This document shows, piece by piece, positions 23,154 to 32,133 of a stretch of DNA of 33,156 nucleotides. Source of the DNA: a virus (taxonomy: Duplodnaviria; Caudoviricetes); the IMG/VR virus record IMGVR_UViG_3300037851_000800, positions 1-33,156 of that record. One strand, written 5' to 3'. The notes below the pieces were generated by a model that worked only from the letters and a program-made list of their open reading frames with translations, ran no database searches and was not told the origin of the DNA. Position numbers and translations under genes: made by a program. The stretch's first letter is position 1, and every line of letters begins with the position of its first letter.

Positions 23154-24480
23154 CATTTTTGATCTGCCCGAATTTAAACCGCTGGAATTGCGCTGGAATA
23201 CCCGCCTGCGGGAATTGACCCGCCGCCAGAAATATTACGACGGTACCATTTACAAAAATTTGTGGGGTCAATTGGGCTGGCTGGGGCCGCGTTTGTACAA
23301 GGGCATCAAACCACTCTACCTGCCCCTGGCCCGGGCCGTGGATGTTGACGCCGGCATTGTGCCCGGCGGCTGGGCAATGGACGAGGACGCGCCGGCGGCC
23401 TGGAGCGCGGCCCGCGACGTGCTGTTTGACTGGTCCAACTGGAGCACCGAGGGAGTTTTGTTTGTTCATTACGGGGCCACCTACGGACAGAGCGGCCTTA
23501 AAATTGCCGATCTGCGCGAGCAGCAGCGGGTGATCATTGCCCCGGTGAAACCCACTTGTTTTATGCTGGTGCCCGGCGGCGAATATGACAGCACGCCCCG
23601 GCTGGCGTTGTGGATTGAAACCCGCACCGACGCGAGTGGGGGCTACGAATACGCCGAGGTGATTACGGCGGAGGAAATTAAAACCTACAAAAACGGCGCG
23701 CTCACCGGCTTTGACGAGCGCGAGCCGGCCTACCCCAATGAGTTGGGTTTTGTGCCGTTTGTGGAGGTGGAGCACATCAAAACCGGCGAGGCGTTGGGCG
23801 AGGCCACGTTTCAAAAAGCCATCCCCATGCTCGATGAGGTGAACGAGATTGCCAGTTACCTGGCCGATGTGATCAAAAAACACGCCGAACCGCAATGGGC
23901 GGTATTTGGCGCGGGGGCCAGCGATTTGAACAAAAGCGGCGAGAATGTGTGGTTTTTTGACTCGGCGGAGAGCCGGGTGGAACCGGTGCTGGCTACCGTA
24001 GATATTCCCGGCGTGCTGGAGTTTGTGCGGGAAATTCGCGACCAGGTGTTTGGCAGCCTGCCGGAGCTGGCGTTTGACGAATTAAAAACCAAAACGCAGA
24101 TCGCCACCGCCACGCTGGAGTTGCAGTTGATGGAGCTGGTGCTCAAAATCAAACGGGTGCGGCCCAATTATGACCACGGCCTGGCCGACGCGCTGCGGCT
24201 GGCCGGGCGCGCCGCGGGCACAATGGGCGCGCGCGAGATCACCGCGCTGGATGACGAGGCGCTGGAGTTTGACCCCGACCGCCCGGTGTTACCGTTGGAC
24301 CCGCTCACCGAGATACAACTGGAATTACAGCAAATAGCATTGGAACGGGAACGGATGTTACTGGACGCGCGGGAGGAGGGCGTGAGCCTCATCCCGCCGC
24401 AATTACGGGAAAAAACCGAACCGGATGAGGATGAACCGGACGAGGATGAGCCGGACGAGGCGGAGGATGATAATGCCTGA
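23140..24480 (+). CDS. Portal protein
   Basis: 446 aa directly after terL; YYDG and NELGFVPFV motifs of SPP1-like portals; acidic tail. Confidence 0.85.
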   Translation: MATNSIFDLPEFKPLELRWNTRLRELTRRQKYYDGTIYKNLWGQLGWLGPRLYKGIKPLYLPLARAVDVDAGIVPGGWAMDEDAPAAWSAARDVLFDWSNWSTEGVLFVHYGATYGQSGLKIADLREQQRVIIAPVKPTCFMLVPGGEYDSTPRLALWIETRTDASGGYEYAEVITAEEIKTYKNGALTGFDEREPAYPNELGFVPFVEVEHIKTGEALGEATFQKAIPMLDEVNEIASYLADVIKKHAEPQWAVFGAGASDLNKSGENVWFFDSAESRVEPVLATVDIPGVLEFVREIRDQVFGSLPELAFDELKTKTQIATATLELQLMELVLKIKRVRPNYDHGLADALRLAGRAAGTMGAREITALDDEALEFDPDRPVLPLDPLTEIQLELQQIALERERMLLDAREEGVSLIPPQLREKTEPDEDEPDEDEPDEAEDDNA

Positions 24481-25393
24481 CCTGCGCCCGGCGCAAACGT
24501 TTGCGCGCGAGATGACCCAATTGGAGCAAGAATATTTGTGGGAGCTGGATAGCTACCTTAAAAATACTCGCCGCGCTATTTTGGATGAGCTGGTTGGTAA
24601 CGGCATTAACAACCCGCAATTGCCCGCGCTGGCGCGCCGCGAGCTGGATAGTTTGCGCCGCGATCTGGAGCATTTGGCCCGTAACAAGGCGCTGAGTATT
24701 GACTACATCTCCGCCGGGCAGGTGGACCGGTTGTTAAAATCGTTGCGGCGGGTGCGCCCGGCCGCGCCGGGGCTGGATGATTTGCAAGCCTCCACCCAAA
24801 CCAGCCGCCGCGCTATTTTGGGCGGTCTGGTGGACAACCTGGTGGGACTGGTGGATGAAATCCAGGCGCGGTTGACCGGAGAACTGGGCCGCCTGCGCAG
24901 CAGCAACACCCCCACCGAGGCAGCCGTTGACCGGTTGCTGGCTTCCGATGTTGCCGACGGCCGGGTGAGCGTGTGGCGCAATGCCGGTAATATTGTAGCC
25001 ACCGAGAGCCAGGTTGATCTATGGACGGCGGGCACCAGCATTGTGAGCAATTATCTGGACGCCGGGCAGAGCCAGGCGGGGGAGCGCTGGAAAAAACAGT
25101 GTATTGCCGCCATTGACGAGCGCACGACCGACTGTTGTTTGCAGGCGCACGGCCAGATTGTTGATCTGGATGCGCCGTTCAAATTGACCGGCGAACCGCG
25201 TTTTAGCGATGAGCAGCAAAATCCGCCGTTCCACTGGTATTGCCGCACCGCCACCTCGTTGTGGGTGGAGGAGTTTGAGCAGGTGGGTACCACTACCGCC
25301 GATATGAGAGACGCCGCGCGGGCCGAAATTACCGCGCGCCAGGATGGCAGCCGCGTGGAAATCCACCCGGCGCACGCCACCAGCAGGAGATAA
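24473..25393 (+). CDS. Minor head morphogenesis protein (Mu gpF/SPP1 gp7-like)
   Basis: AAIDERTTDCC...HGQ...PPFHWYCRT motif; follows portal. Confidence 0.85.
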   Translation: MPDLRPAQTFAREMTQLEQEYLWELDSYLKNTRRAILDELVGNGINNPQLPALARRELDSLRRDLEHLARNKALSIDYISAGQVDRLLKSLRRVRPAAPGLDDLQASTQTSRRAILGGLVDNLVGLVDEIQARLTGELGRLRSSNTPTEAAVDRLLASDVADGRVSVWRNAGNIVATESQVDLWTAGTSIVSNYLDAGQSQAGERWKKQCIAAIDERTTDCCLQAHGQIVDLDAPFKLTGEPRFSDEQQNPPFHWYCRTATSLWVEEFEQVGTTTADMRDAARAEITARQDGSRVEIHPAHATSRR

Positions 25394-25428
25394 CGGGGCG
25401 TAGCCCGTAAAAAACGAATTGAGGAAAA

Positions 25429-25956
25429 ATGACAGACCCAAACAATAACCAACCTGTACCACCCGCTGCCCCGGCAGAGCCGGCGCAAGCCCCGGCCCAA
25501 CCCCCGGCGCAGCCCAAACCGGAGCCGGAACCCGGCCCGGTGCCGTATGACCGTTTTAGGGAGGTCAACGAAAAATTAAAAAACACCGAAACCCGCCTGG
25601 CCGAAATGGAAGCGGCGGCCAAAACAGCCGCCGAAAAAGAATTGGCGGCGCAGAACAAATGGCGGGAACTGGCCGAAAAACGCGAGGCTGAACTCAAACA
25701 GGAACGGCTGGAACGGCTGCGGCTGACCGTAGCCACCAGCAAGGGGTTGCCGTTAGAACTGGCGACCCGGTTGCAGGGCGAGGATCAGGCCGCGCTGGAG
25801 GCCGACGCGGAGGCGATATTGCAGTATTTGAAACCCAGCAGCGGGCCGGGCGTGCCGCCGCCGGGCCGCAAACAACAGAGCGCCGCGCTGGATATGTCTA
25901 CGATGACGCCGGATGAAATTCGTAAAAACAAGGCGAAACTTTTGACACAAATGTAA
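25429..25956 (+). CDS. Capsid scaffolding protein
   Basis: Pro-rich N-terminus, VPYDRFREVN, coiled coil, LATRLQG; precedes capsid gene. Confidence 0.8.
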   Translation: MTDPNNNQPVPPAAPAEPAQAPAQPPAQPKPEPEPGPVPYDRFREVNEKLKNTETRLAEMEAAAKTAAEKELAAQNKWRELAEKREAELKQERLERLRLTVATSKGLPLELATRLQGEDQAALEADAEAILQYLKPSSGPGVPPPGRKQQSAALDMSTMTPDEIRKNKAKLLTQM

Positions 25957-26056
25957 GAATTTTCTAACTAATTTAAAATGCCCTCTCCTCGTGGCGTTGC
26001 ACGTAAAAAACGAAAGGTACTATAGGGAAATAATTTAGCCGACGAGGAGATAATCA

Positions 26057-26953
26057 ATGGCAAACATTACGTCAACTACGTTGGGAGATTCCATCCCGAC
26101 AATTGTAGCAGCAGAAGCCCTGGGCTATTTAAAAGCCAATACCGTGCTGGCCCGTTTGGTGGCGCGGGATTGGGACAATGAGGTAGCCACCTATGGGCAA
26201 ACTGTGGATATTGCGTTTACCGGCGCGCTGAGCGTTAACGACAAAAGCGCGGACACGGTGATCACCCTGCAAGCCCCCGCCGACACCAAAAAATCCGTGA
26301 CCCTCAACAAACACAAGGAAGTTTCTTTTCTGATGGAGGATTACGCCAAGGCTTTGGCCCGCCCCGATATGTTTTCGCAGTTGGTGGCCGACGCGATGGC
26401 CGTGGTAGCCGAGCAGATTGACGGCGACATTGCGGCGTTGTACTCCGGTTTCAGCCAGAGCATTGACGCGACAACCGGCCTGGCCGAGGACGATTTTAGG
26501 GAAGCGCGCCGGCAGCTTAACGCGGCCAAGGCGCCGCTGGCCCAGCGCTATGCCGTGCTGCACGAGGACGCCGAGTTTGAGGCCCTGGGCATTGACCGGA
26601 TTGTCAACCGGGATTACGCCGAGAGTTTGGGCAGTATGGCCAGCAACAGCTATGTTAACCGGGCGTTTGGGTTTGACATTTTTATGGATCAAAAAATCGC
26701 CACGGCTGCGTCGGAGGCTAAAAACCTGTTTTTCCAGCGCAACGCCATTGCCCTGGCCACCCGGCCCCTGCCGCCCGCCCCGCAAAACGCGGGTGTGGTG
26801 CAGACCATGATGAACGAGGACGGCATTGGGCTGCGGGTCACGATGAGCTACGACCACAACTATCTGGGCGTCAAACTGACCATTGACGTGCTGTACGGTG
26901 TGGCCGAATTGCGCGACAACCACGGCGTGGTTGTGCGCACCGCCGAAATTTAA
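26057..26953 (+). CDS. Major capsid protein (HK97 fold, P22-coat-like family)
   Basis: GAGGAG RBS; GQTVDI, AEQIDGDI and IDVLYGV motifs; 298 aa after scaffold. Confidence 0.9.
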   Translation: MANITSTTLGDSIPTIVAAEALGYLKANTVLARLVARDWDNEVATYGQTVDIAFTGALSVNDKSADTVITLQAPADTKKSVTLNKHKEVSFLMEDYAKALARPDMFSQLVADAMAVVAEQIDGDIAALYSGFSQSIDATTGLAEDDFREARRQLNAAKAPLAQRYAVLHEDAEFEALGIDRIVNRDYAESLGSMASNSYVNRAFGFDIFMDQKIATAASEAKNLFFQRNAIALATRPLPPAPQNAGVVQTMMNEDGIGLRVTMSYDHNYLGVKLTIDVLYGVAELRDNHGVVVRTAEI

Positions 26954-26983
26954 ACCAACCTATTTTAGTGGAGAATAAAAACG

Positions 26984-27469
26984 ATGGAAAACCAAAAAAC
27001 AAACATCTGGAATGTAGCGGCATTGTTGGTGCTGCTGGTAGTGGCCCTGGTGGCCGTGTTGCTGATGGTGCAATCTCCGGTGGAGGCGGCCCCGCCGGCA
27101 GGGCCGCTGGCCGCGCCCACTCCGGTGGCCGCGCCCGACGGTGTGGAAAAAGGAAAATATTTCCGATTTCAGGCTGCCACGGCAATAACCGCCGATACCA
27201 ATACCAGCGCCGCCGACGCGCTGAGTTTTGAAACGGTTGATATCCAATACGTGATTGACCAGACCGACATCAACACGGTGACGCTGACGGTGCAATACAG
27301 CATTGACGGCACCAACTACACCGACGGAGCGGTTTTGGTGAGCGCTAATGCGGCCGATGCCGCGGTGGTAGTGGCGCGGGTGCCTGCGTTTGGGCGGTAT
27401 ATGCGGGTTAACCAGAATGTGGACGGGACCAACCCCGTAACCATTACCCTGGTGGCGGTAGGCAGATAA
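26984..27469 (+). CDS. Protein with N-terminal signal/TM helix and beta-rich domain
   Basis: GGAG RBS; hydrophobic residues ~8-28, VEA-A, Pro linker, VQYSIDGTNY. Confidence 0.65.
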   Translation: MENQKTNIWNVAALLVLLVVALVAVLLMVQSPVEAAPPAGPLAAPTPVAAPDGVEKGKYFRFQAATAITADTNTSAADALSFETVDIQYVIDQTDINTVTLTVQYSIDGTNYTDGAVLVSANAADAAVVVARVPAFGRYMRVNQNVDGTNPVTITLVAVGR

Positions 27470-27487
27470 TCAAATAATCAAAAACAA

Positions 27488-27509
27488 GGGGGGGACTAAT
27501 GTCCCCCCC
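27488..27509. terminator. GC hairpin (T tract only on the minus strand)
   Basis: GGGGGGGAC-taat-GTCCCCCCC preceded by AAAAACAA. Confidence 0.5.
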
Positions 27510-27527
27510 GGAAACGCGGAGAGTTTT

Positions 27528-27800
27528 ATGGCAACAGCAAAAAAAACGGCAGCCAACCCGGCTGAGGATGAGGAAAAGCAGGATGTGATCTACCTGGTCA
27601 ACCCGGCCGGAGCCATCCATACCTGCACCCGCGATCACGCCCGTTATCGCCTGCGATTCGTGGGCTGGCGCGTGGCCAGCAAAGCCGAAATTACAAAATA
27701 TCAGGCCACGCGGGTGCAACGTTCCGGGCGGCCGCTGGCCCAACCCTGGAGTCCTGAGCCTGATTTTGAGCCGGAGTTACCCGGCGAGTCGCAGGGCTAA
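27528..27800 (+). CDS. Hypothetical head-region protein
   Basis: GGAGAG RBS; synteny. Confidence 0.6.
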   Translation: MATAKKTAANPAEDEEKQDVIYLVNPAGAIHTCTRDHARYRLRFVGWRVASKAEITKYQATRVQRSGRPLAQPWSPEPDFEPELPGESQG

Positions 27801-27816
27801 CCGCGAGGAGTGAGCT

Positions 27817-28656
27817 ATGGACGAGCGCAGCCGGATTTATAACGGCCAATTTCGGCACGATCTGAGCAACTGGACGGCCAGCGCAGCTACCTACAACGCC
27901 GGGGATGGCGACGACCATTACGGCGTGGCGGTGTTGACCACCGGCGGCGGGTACGTGGAGCAAAATTTCAGCGTGCCCAAATTCCGCACCTACACCCTCA
28001 GTTTGAGCGTGAAGGCGGCGGGCGCGACGTTGAGCGGCAGCCAGGTAACGGCCCGGATTGTGGACGGCAACGGCAACACCGTGACCACCCAAAATCTGAG
28101 CGGCACCGCCGACACCTGGACGGCCAATACATTGGCGCTGGGGTTAGCGCCGGGCACCACCTACACGCTGCGGCTGACCAACAGCAGCGCGGCGGGCGAT
28201 GTTAAAATTGACGACGTGTGGTTGTGGTGGGTGCCCAAAACCCGCCAGGAATTGGCGGCGCGGGTGCACGCCAAACTGGCCCGGCTGGCCAGCCAGCGCA
28301 GTTTGACCACGGCGGCCACCGGCACCATGACCGAGGGCGACTATACCTACGCCGTAGACAGCGGTTTGCGCCAGGCCGGGGCTATTGACCCGGAGACAGA
28401 TTTGCCCGACGTGCGGTTTTTGGACACGAGCGCGGTTGATACCGTGCTGGATTTGATCGAGCGGGAAATGCTGGAACGGTTGCAGCGCGACTACGCGGTG
28501 GAGGTGGATATTACCGTGGGGCCGCGCCACGAAACGTTGAGCCAGGTGGCAAAATCGGTGGGCGAGTTGACCGGCACCGGTGAGAGCGGCGGCGGCAGCG
28601 GGCGGGTGATTGTGCGCAAACTGCGGCATAGCGCCGATGATTACGAGATGAGCTAA
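27817..28656 (+). CDS. Probable head-tail adaptor fused to a carbohydrate-binding-like domain
   Basis: N-terminal NGQF...W...IDDV jelly-roll pattern; helical C-terminal half; neck position. Confidence 0.55.
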   Translation: MDERSRIYNGQFRHDLSNWTASAATYNAGDGDDHYGVAVLTTGGGYVEQNFSVPKFRTYTLSLSVKAAGATLSGSQVTARIVDGNGNTVTTQNLSGTADTWTANTLALGLAPGTTYTLRLTNSSAAGDVKIDDVWLWWVPKTRQELAARVHAKLARLASQRSLTTAATGTMTEGDYTYAVDSGLRQAGAIDPETDLPDVRFLDTSAVDTVLDLIEREMLERLQRDYAVEVDITVGPRHETLSQVAKSVGELTGTGESGGGSGRVIVRKLRHSADDYEMS

Positions 28657-28823
28657 TGAGAGTTATTTACCTGGCGCGCCAGTATGTGGCGGTGATGGTG
28701 CTGGCCCTGGCCGTGGGCTGTATGTGGCTGGTGAAGGTGGTCCACCCGGACACCTACAACCTGTTCATTAACAGTTTGCTGGCCAGCGCCCGGCGAGGAG
28801 CGGCGAACTATGGCGAGCGCTAG
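28656..28823 (+). CDS. Small membrane protein (55 aa)
   Basis: TAATG coupling; MRVIYLARQYVAVMVLALAVGCMWLVKVV...; not in the ORF track. Confidence 0.5.
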   Translation: MRVIYLARQYVAVMVLALAVGCMWLVKVVHPDTYNLFINSLLASARRGAANYGER

Positions 28824-29139
28824 TTTTGCCCGGCTGGCTACCGTAACCGCGAGCACCAAACGGGCCACGCTGAGCAGCGGCAAACGGGCGGCCCCGGCCG
28901 CGTATTTAACGGGCGTGAGTTGCCTGCCGCTGGATCCGGTGGATCAGGCGTTACAACAACGGCTCCAACTGGATACGCCGCACGAGGTTTTGCAGACATT
29001 TGTGGACGCCGGCCTGGACATTCTGGCCGGTGACATTTTGGTAGTGAGCAGCACGGAGTACCCCATCAAATGGGTGGGCGAATGGACGTTTGGCAGCAGC
29101 GAGTATTTGCATTTAGTTGTGGAGGATTTAAAAAGATGA
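28810..29139 (+). CDS. Probable head closure protein
   Basis: GAGGAG RBS; DILAGDILVV...EYPI motif; neck synteny. Confidence 0.6.
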   Translation: MASASFARLATVTASTKRATLSSGKRAAPAAYLTGVSCLPLDPVDQALQQRLQLDTPHEVLQTFVDAGLDILAGDILVVSSTEYPIKWVGEWTFGSSEYLHLVVEDLKR

Positions 29140-29339
29140 ACATTATTTGGGGTGTTATCAAGGGTTTGTTGGGCAGCAAAAAATTTGTTACGGCCATGAT
29201 CGGCGTGATTGTGAGTATTTGTTTGTACCTGTTCCCCGATCTGCCGGAGGACGCCATTACCGCCGTGGTCTCGGTGATCATCAGTTACATCGTGGCGCAG
29301 GGGTTGGCTGATTTTGGCAAAGAGGCCAAAAAACTTTAA
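29136..29339 (+). CDS. Holin-like two-TM protein
   Basis: ATGA coupling; SKKFVTAMIG...SYIVAQGLADFGK with charged C-terminus. Confidence 0.6.
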   Translation: MNIIWGVIKGLLGSKKFVTAMIGVIVSICLYLFPDLPEDAITAVVSVIISYIVAQGLADFGKEAKKL

Positions 29340-29719
29340 TGGATATTGATCTGACCATCCGCGGGTTGCAGGAGGCGCAGGCGGCCAATTTACGGCGCAT
29401 TGCCCAATTGCAACCCGGCGGGGCAATGGGCCACCTGATCCGCCAGGTGACGGCATTTACGCACGCCGAGGCGGTGAAAGTAACGCACGTTGACAGCGGG
29501 GCGCTGCGGGCCAGCCACCGAATGAAGATTACCGAGGTGCGCGGCCAGGTATACATTGACCCCGGCGCGGTGAACCCGCGCGGCCAAAAACCGGTGGTTT
29601 ATGGCCCGGAGGAGCAGGCTCGCGGCGGCAGCCACGCTTTTTACACCCGCGCGCGGGTGGCCGCCGAGCAGTATTTTAGGGTGGTCAAACCGCAAGTGGA
29701 ACGGGAGCTGGTGAAATAA
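29339..29719 (+). CDS. HK97 gp10-like tail completion/neck protein
   Basis: IRGLQE start and THVDSGALRAS motif. Confidence 0.7.
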   Translation: MDIDLTIRGLQEAQAANLRRIAQLQPGGAMGHLIRQVTAFTHAEAVKVTHVDSGALRASHRMKITEVRGQVYIDPGAVNPRGQKPVVYGPEEQARGGSHAFYTRARVAAEQYFRVVKPQVERELVK

Positions 29720-30177
29720 TGGCTACCTCTAACCGCTCGACAATGCGCGCGGCGCTGGCCGCGTTGATCAGCAGCAACCTGGTTGGCGCGGGCAAACCGT
29801 TGCAGGCGGTGTATGCCTACAACGTAGGCGACTTTCAGGGGCAAAGCCCGGTAACAACCGTGACCAGCGGCGGCACGCGCCGGTACGAGGGCGATTACGG
29901 GGTTGAGTTTGAGAACGAGTTTTATCTGGTGATTAACAACTACGTGCTGTACGCCGACCCCGGCACCGGCTGGGGCGAGGACGACGCCGAGGAGAGGCTG
30001 GATTTGATCGAGCAAAGTCTGGCCAATCTATTCAAAACCAATCGCAGCCACCCCAGCGGCACGTGGGAGTGGCTGGAATACGACGGGCGCAGCCAGGTGA
30101 TCGAGGCCATTATTGGCGGTGAGATGTACCTGGTGGAGATGATCCCGGTGAAAGTGACTGAAAATGACAACAACTAG
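29719..30177 (+). CDS. Probable tail terminator
   Basis: Size and position between gp10-like gene and tail tube. Confidence 0.55.
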   Translation: MATSNRSTMRAALAALISSNLVGAGKPLQAVYAYNVGDFQGQSPVTTVTSGGTRRYEGDYGVEFENEFYLVINNYVLYADPGTGWGEDDAEERLDLIEQSLANLFKTNRSHPSGTWEWLEYDGRSQVIEAIIGGEMYLVEMIPVKVTENDNN

Positions 30178-30373
30178 CAAACCAAAACAACCCCCGGCGC
30201 GGTTTTTTCAGGCCACGCGGGGCATCGAGAACAGCGAAAAACGGCACAAGGCCGGCGCGATTTTGGGCGAAAAAGACCTGGCCTATTTCTCGGAGGCATC
30301 TGTTAAAAACTGGATCGCGCGCGGCGTGTTGATCCCGGCCCCAAAGCCGCAGGAGGTGAACGATGGGACATAG
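30164..30373 (+). CDS. Small hypothetical protein
   Basis: Overlaps both neighbours in the operon. Confidence 0.55.
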   Translation: MTTTSKPKQPPARFFQATRGIENSEKRHKAGAILGEKDLAYFSEASVKNWIARGVLIPAPKPQEVNDGT

Positions 30374-31079
30374 AGCAAAACACACCAAAATCTGGGCGGG
30401 CGGGTACGTGTTATCCACCAAAACCCGCGACATCAAACCGACCATTGCCGCCGACGAGCTGGAGGAAAGCGGTTATTTAATGGATCACAGCACGCTGAAA
30501 GGGCAATTTGCCAGCGATATTGCCCTGGATGGTTACTACGACCCCACCACCGGCAGCACCCACGACGCGCTGAAAACGCTGAACGACACGGCCCAACTGG
30601 TGAGCACGGCGCTGGGCGAGAACGCCACCCCGGCGCAGGGAGATATTTCCCTGAGCCTGGAGGCGGAGCAGATCAATTATGAGATCAACCCGGCGTTAAA
30701 TGATGTGATAGCCGCCACCGGTACCTTTAAAGCGCGGGGCAACCCGGCCGAGTTTGGTATTTTGCTGGCCGATCAGAGCGCGGTGAGCAGCGACAGCAAC
30801 ACCAGCAGCGTGGATCAAACCGCGCAGAGCACCGCCGGCGCGGTGGGTTATTTGCACCTGACCGCGGTGAGCGCCGGCGACACCCTTGTGGTAAAAATCC
30901 AGGACAGCGCCAACAACACCGATTGGGCCGATCTGATCACGTTCACCCTGGACGGCACGGCGGTGGGCGCGGAGAGATCAACCGTCAGCGGCACGGTAGA
31001 CCGGTACGTGCGGGTGCTGTGGGATGTGACCGGCACAGGCGTATCGTTTGATTTTGCCGTGATGTTTGTTAGAAAATAA
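30363..31079 (+). CDS. Tail tube-like protein with C-terminal beta extension
   Basis: AGGAGG RBS; paralogous to the next gene; C-terminal VKIQDSANNTDW...RYVRV domain. Confidence 0.6.
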   Translation: MGHRAKHTKIWAGGYVLSTKTRDIKPTIAADELEESGYLMDHSTLKGQFASDIALDGYYDPTTGSTHDALKTLNDTAQLVSTALGENATPAQGDISLSLEAEQINYEINPALNDVIAATGTFKARGNPAEFGILLADQSAVSSDSNTSSVDQTAQSTAGAVGYLHLTAVSAGDTLVVKIQDSANNTDWADLITFTLDGTAVGAERSTVSGTVDRYVRVLWDVTGTGVSFDFAVMFVRK

Positions 31080-31109
31080 TTTGAATTTAAACTGACAGGA
31101 GATTAAAAA

Positions 31110-31547
31110 ATGGGTTTACGATCAAAACACACCAATGTATGGTTTGACAACAGCAGCGGCACGCCCGTGGACATATCGCTGTACACGATGGAGTCCAACG
31201 GCATCCCGCTGGCCTACGACGAGATCGAGGACAGCACCTACAACATTGACCACAGCACCATGAAGGGCCAGGGCGACTCCAGCCCCACGCTCAAAATAAA
31301 ATTCAACGACACCACCCACGCCCTGTTTACTCACGAGAGCACGGGCGCGTTAAAAAGTGACACCGCCCGCACCCTGAAAGTGGAATTGGGCGAGAACGCC
31401 GCGCCCACCACGGGCGATCTGACCATTACCGGCGAGTACGTGGTGGTGGGGGTTGAATTTGAAAACGCCAAAGACGGCGAGCGGCTGGCCAATTTTACCC
31501 TGCGCCTCAGCGGCGGCGTGATGCCTACGTTTGGAACTAAAGCATGA
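31110..31547 (+). CDS. Major tail tube protein
   Basis: AGGAG RBS; 145 aa, beta-rich; directly before the chaperone and tape measure genes. Confidence 0.65.
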   Translation: MGLRSKHTNVWFDNSSGTPVDISLYTMESNGIPLAYDEIEDSTYNIDHSTMKGQGDSSPTLKIKFNDTTHALFTHESTGALKSDTARTLKVELGENAAPTTGDLTITGEYVVVGVEFENAKDGERLANFTLRLSGGVMPTFGTKA

Positions 31548-31861
31548 TAAAGGCGAAATGCCCGGTGGCGGGGTATGAGAATTTTACCATTGAGTACCCC
31601 GCCGAGTTGAAACGGAAACACCAGCGGGTGTACGCCCAGGCCGTGAGCGATTTTTTGGAGCGCGAGCAGGCCGCCGGGCGTACCCTGAATGAAATCCCGC
31701 TGGAGGACGCGCGGTTTTGCGGCGCGCAGGCGTTGTGCAGCGTGTTCAAAAACCCGCCCGACGCGGACGTGGACGAATGGCCGCTGGCGGTATACCGCTG
31801 GTTTATGGACACGGTGTACTGGGATCACTACGAAAAAGCGGTTAACCCGCCAAAAAACTGA
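31544..31861 (+). CDS. Tail assembly chaperone (gpG-like)
   Basis: Position; ends CCA AAA AAC TGA. Confidence 0.75.
   Translation: MIKAKCPVAGYENFTIEYPAELKRKHQRVYAQAVSDFLEREQAAGRTLNEIPLEDARFCGAQALCSVFKNPPDADVDEWPLAVYRWFMDTVYWDHYEKAVNPPKN
31852..31858 (+). other. -1 programmed frameshift slippery site A AAA AAC
   Basis: X XXY YYZ heptamer; the -1 frame is open (KLILAAAGYAKND...) and joins the 31912-32133 ORF. Confidence 0.85.
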
Positions 31862-32133
31862 TCCTGGCGGCGGCGGGCTACGCCAAAAACGACGCCGAAC
31901 CGCCGCCGGAGATGCTGGTTTTAGCCTGGCAGTGCCGCCGCTGGGGGGCGCTGCCGGCGGCGGGCGGGTTGCTGGAGCAACCGCTGGCAATAATGGTGCA
32001 AATGGAGGCCGCGTTGAACACGTTTGAAGCGTTTGCGGCGCGGGAACGCGCGGATAATGCGGTGGAATTTTCCAAACGATATCCCCACCTGGTGCAGTTT
32101 TGCCAGTGGGTGGAGCAATTAAACGATGACTGA
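31852..32133 (+). CDS. Frameshifted tail chaperone extension (gpGT-like)
   Basis: -1 frame; WGALPAAGGLLEQP motif; overlaps tape measure start. Confidence 0.75.
   Translation, partial: KKLILAAAGYAKNDAEPPPEMLVLAWQCRRWGALPAAGGLLEQPLAIMVQMEAALNTFEAFAARERADNAVEFSKRYPHLVQFCQWVEQLNDD

Noticed and set aside
22894-23895. Long antisense ORFs over structural genes (also 21930-22613, 26129-26923, 31331-31990)
   Set aside because: Shadow frames of GC-rich coding sequence with no motifs or RBS
24416-24463. 15-bp EPDED repeat at the portal C-terminus
   Set aside because: Ordinary low-complexity acidic tail common in portal proteins
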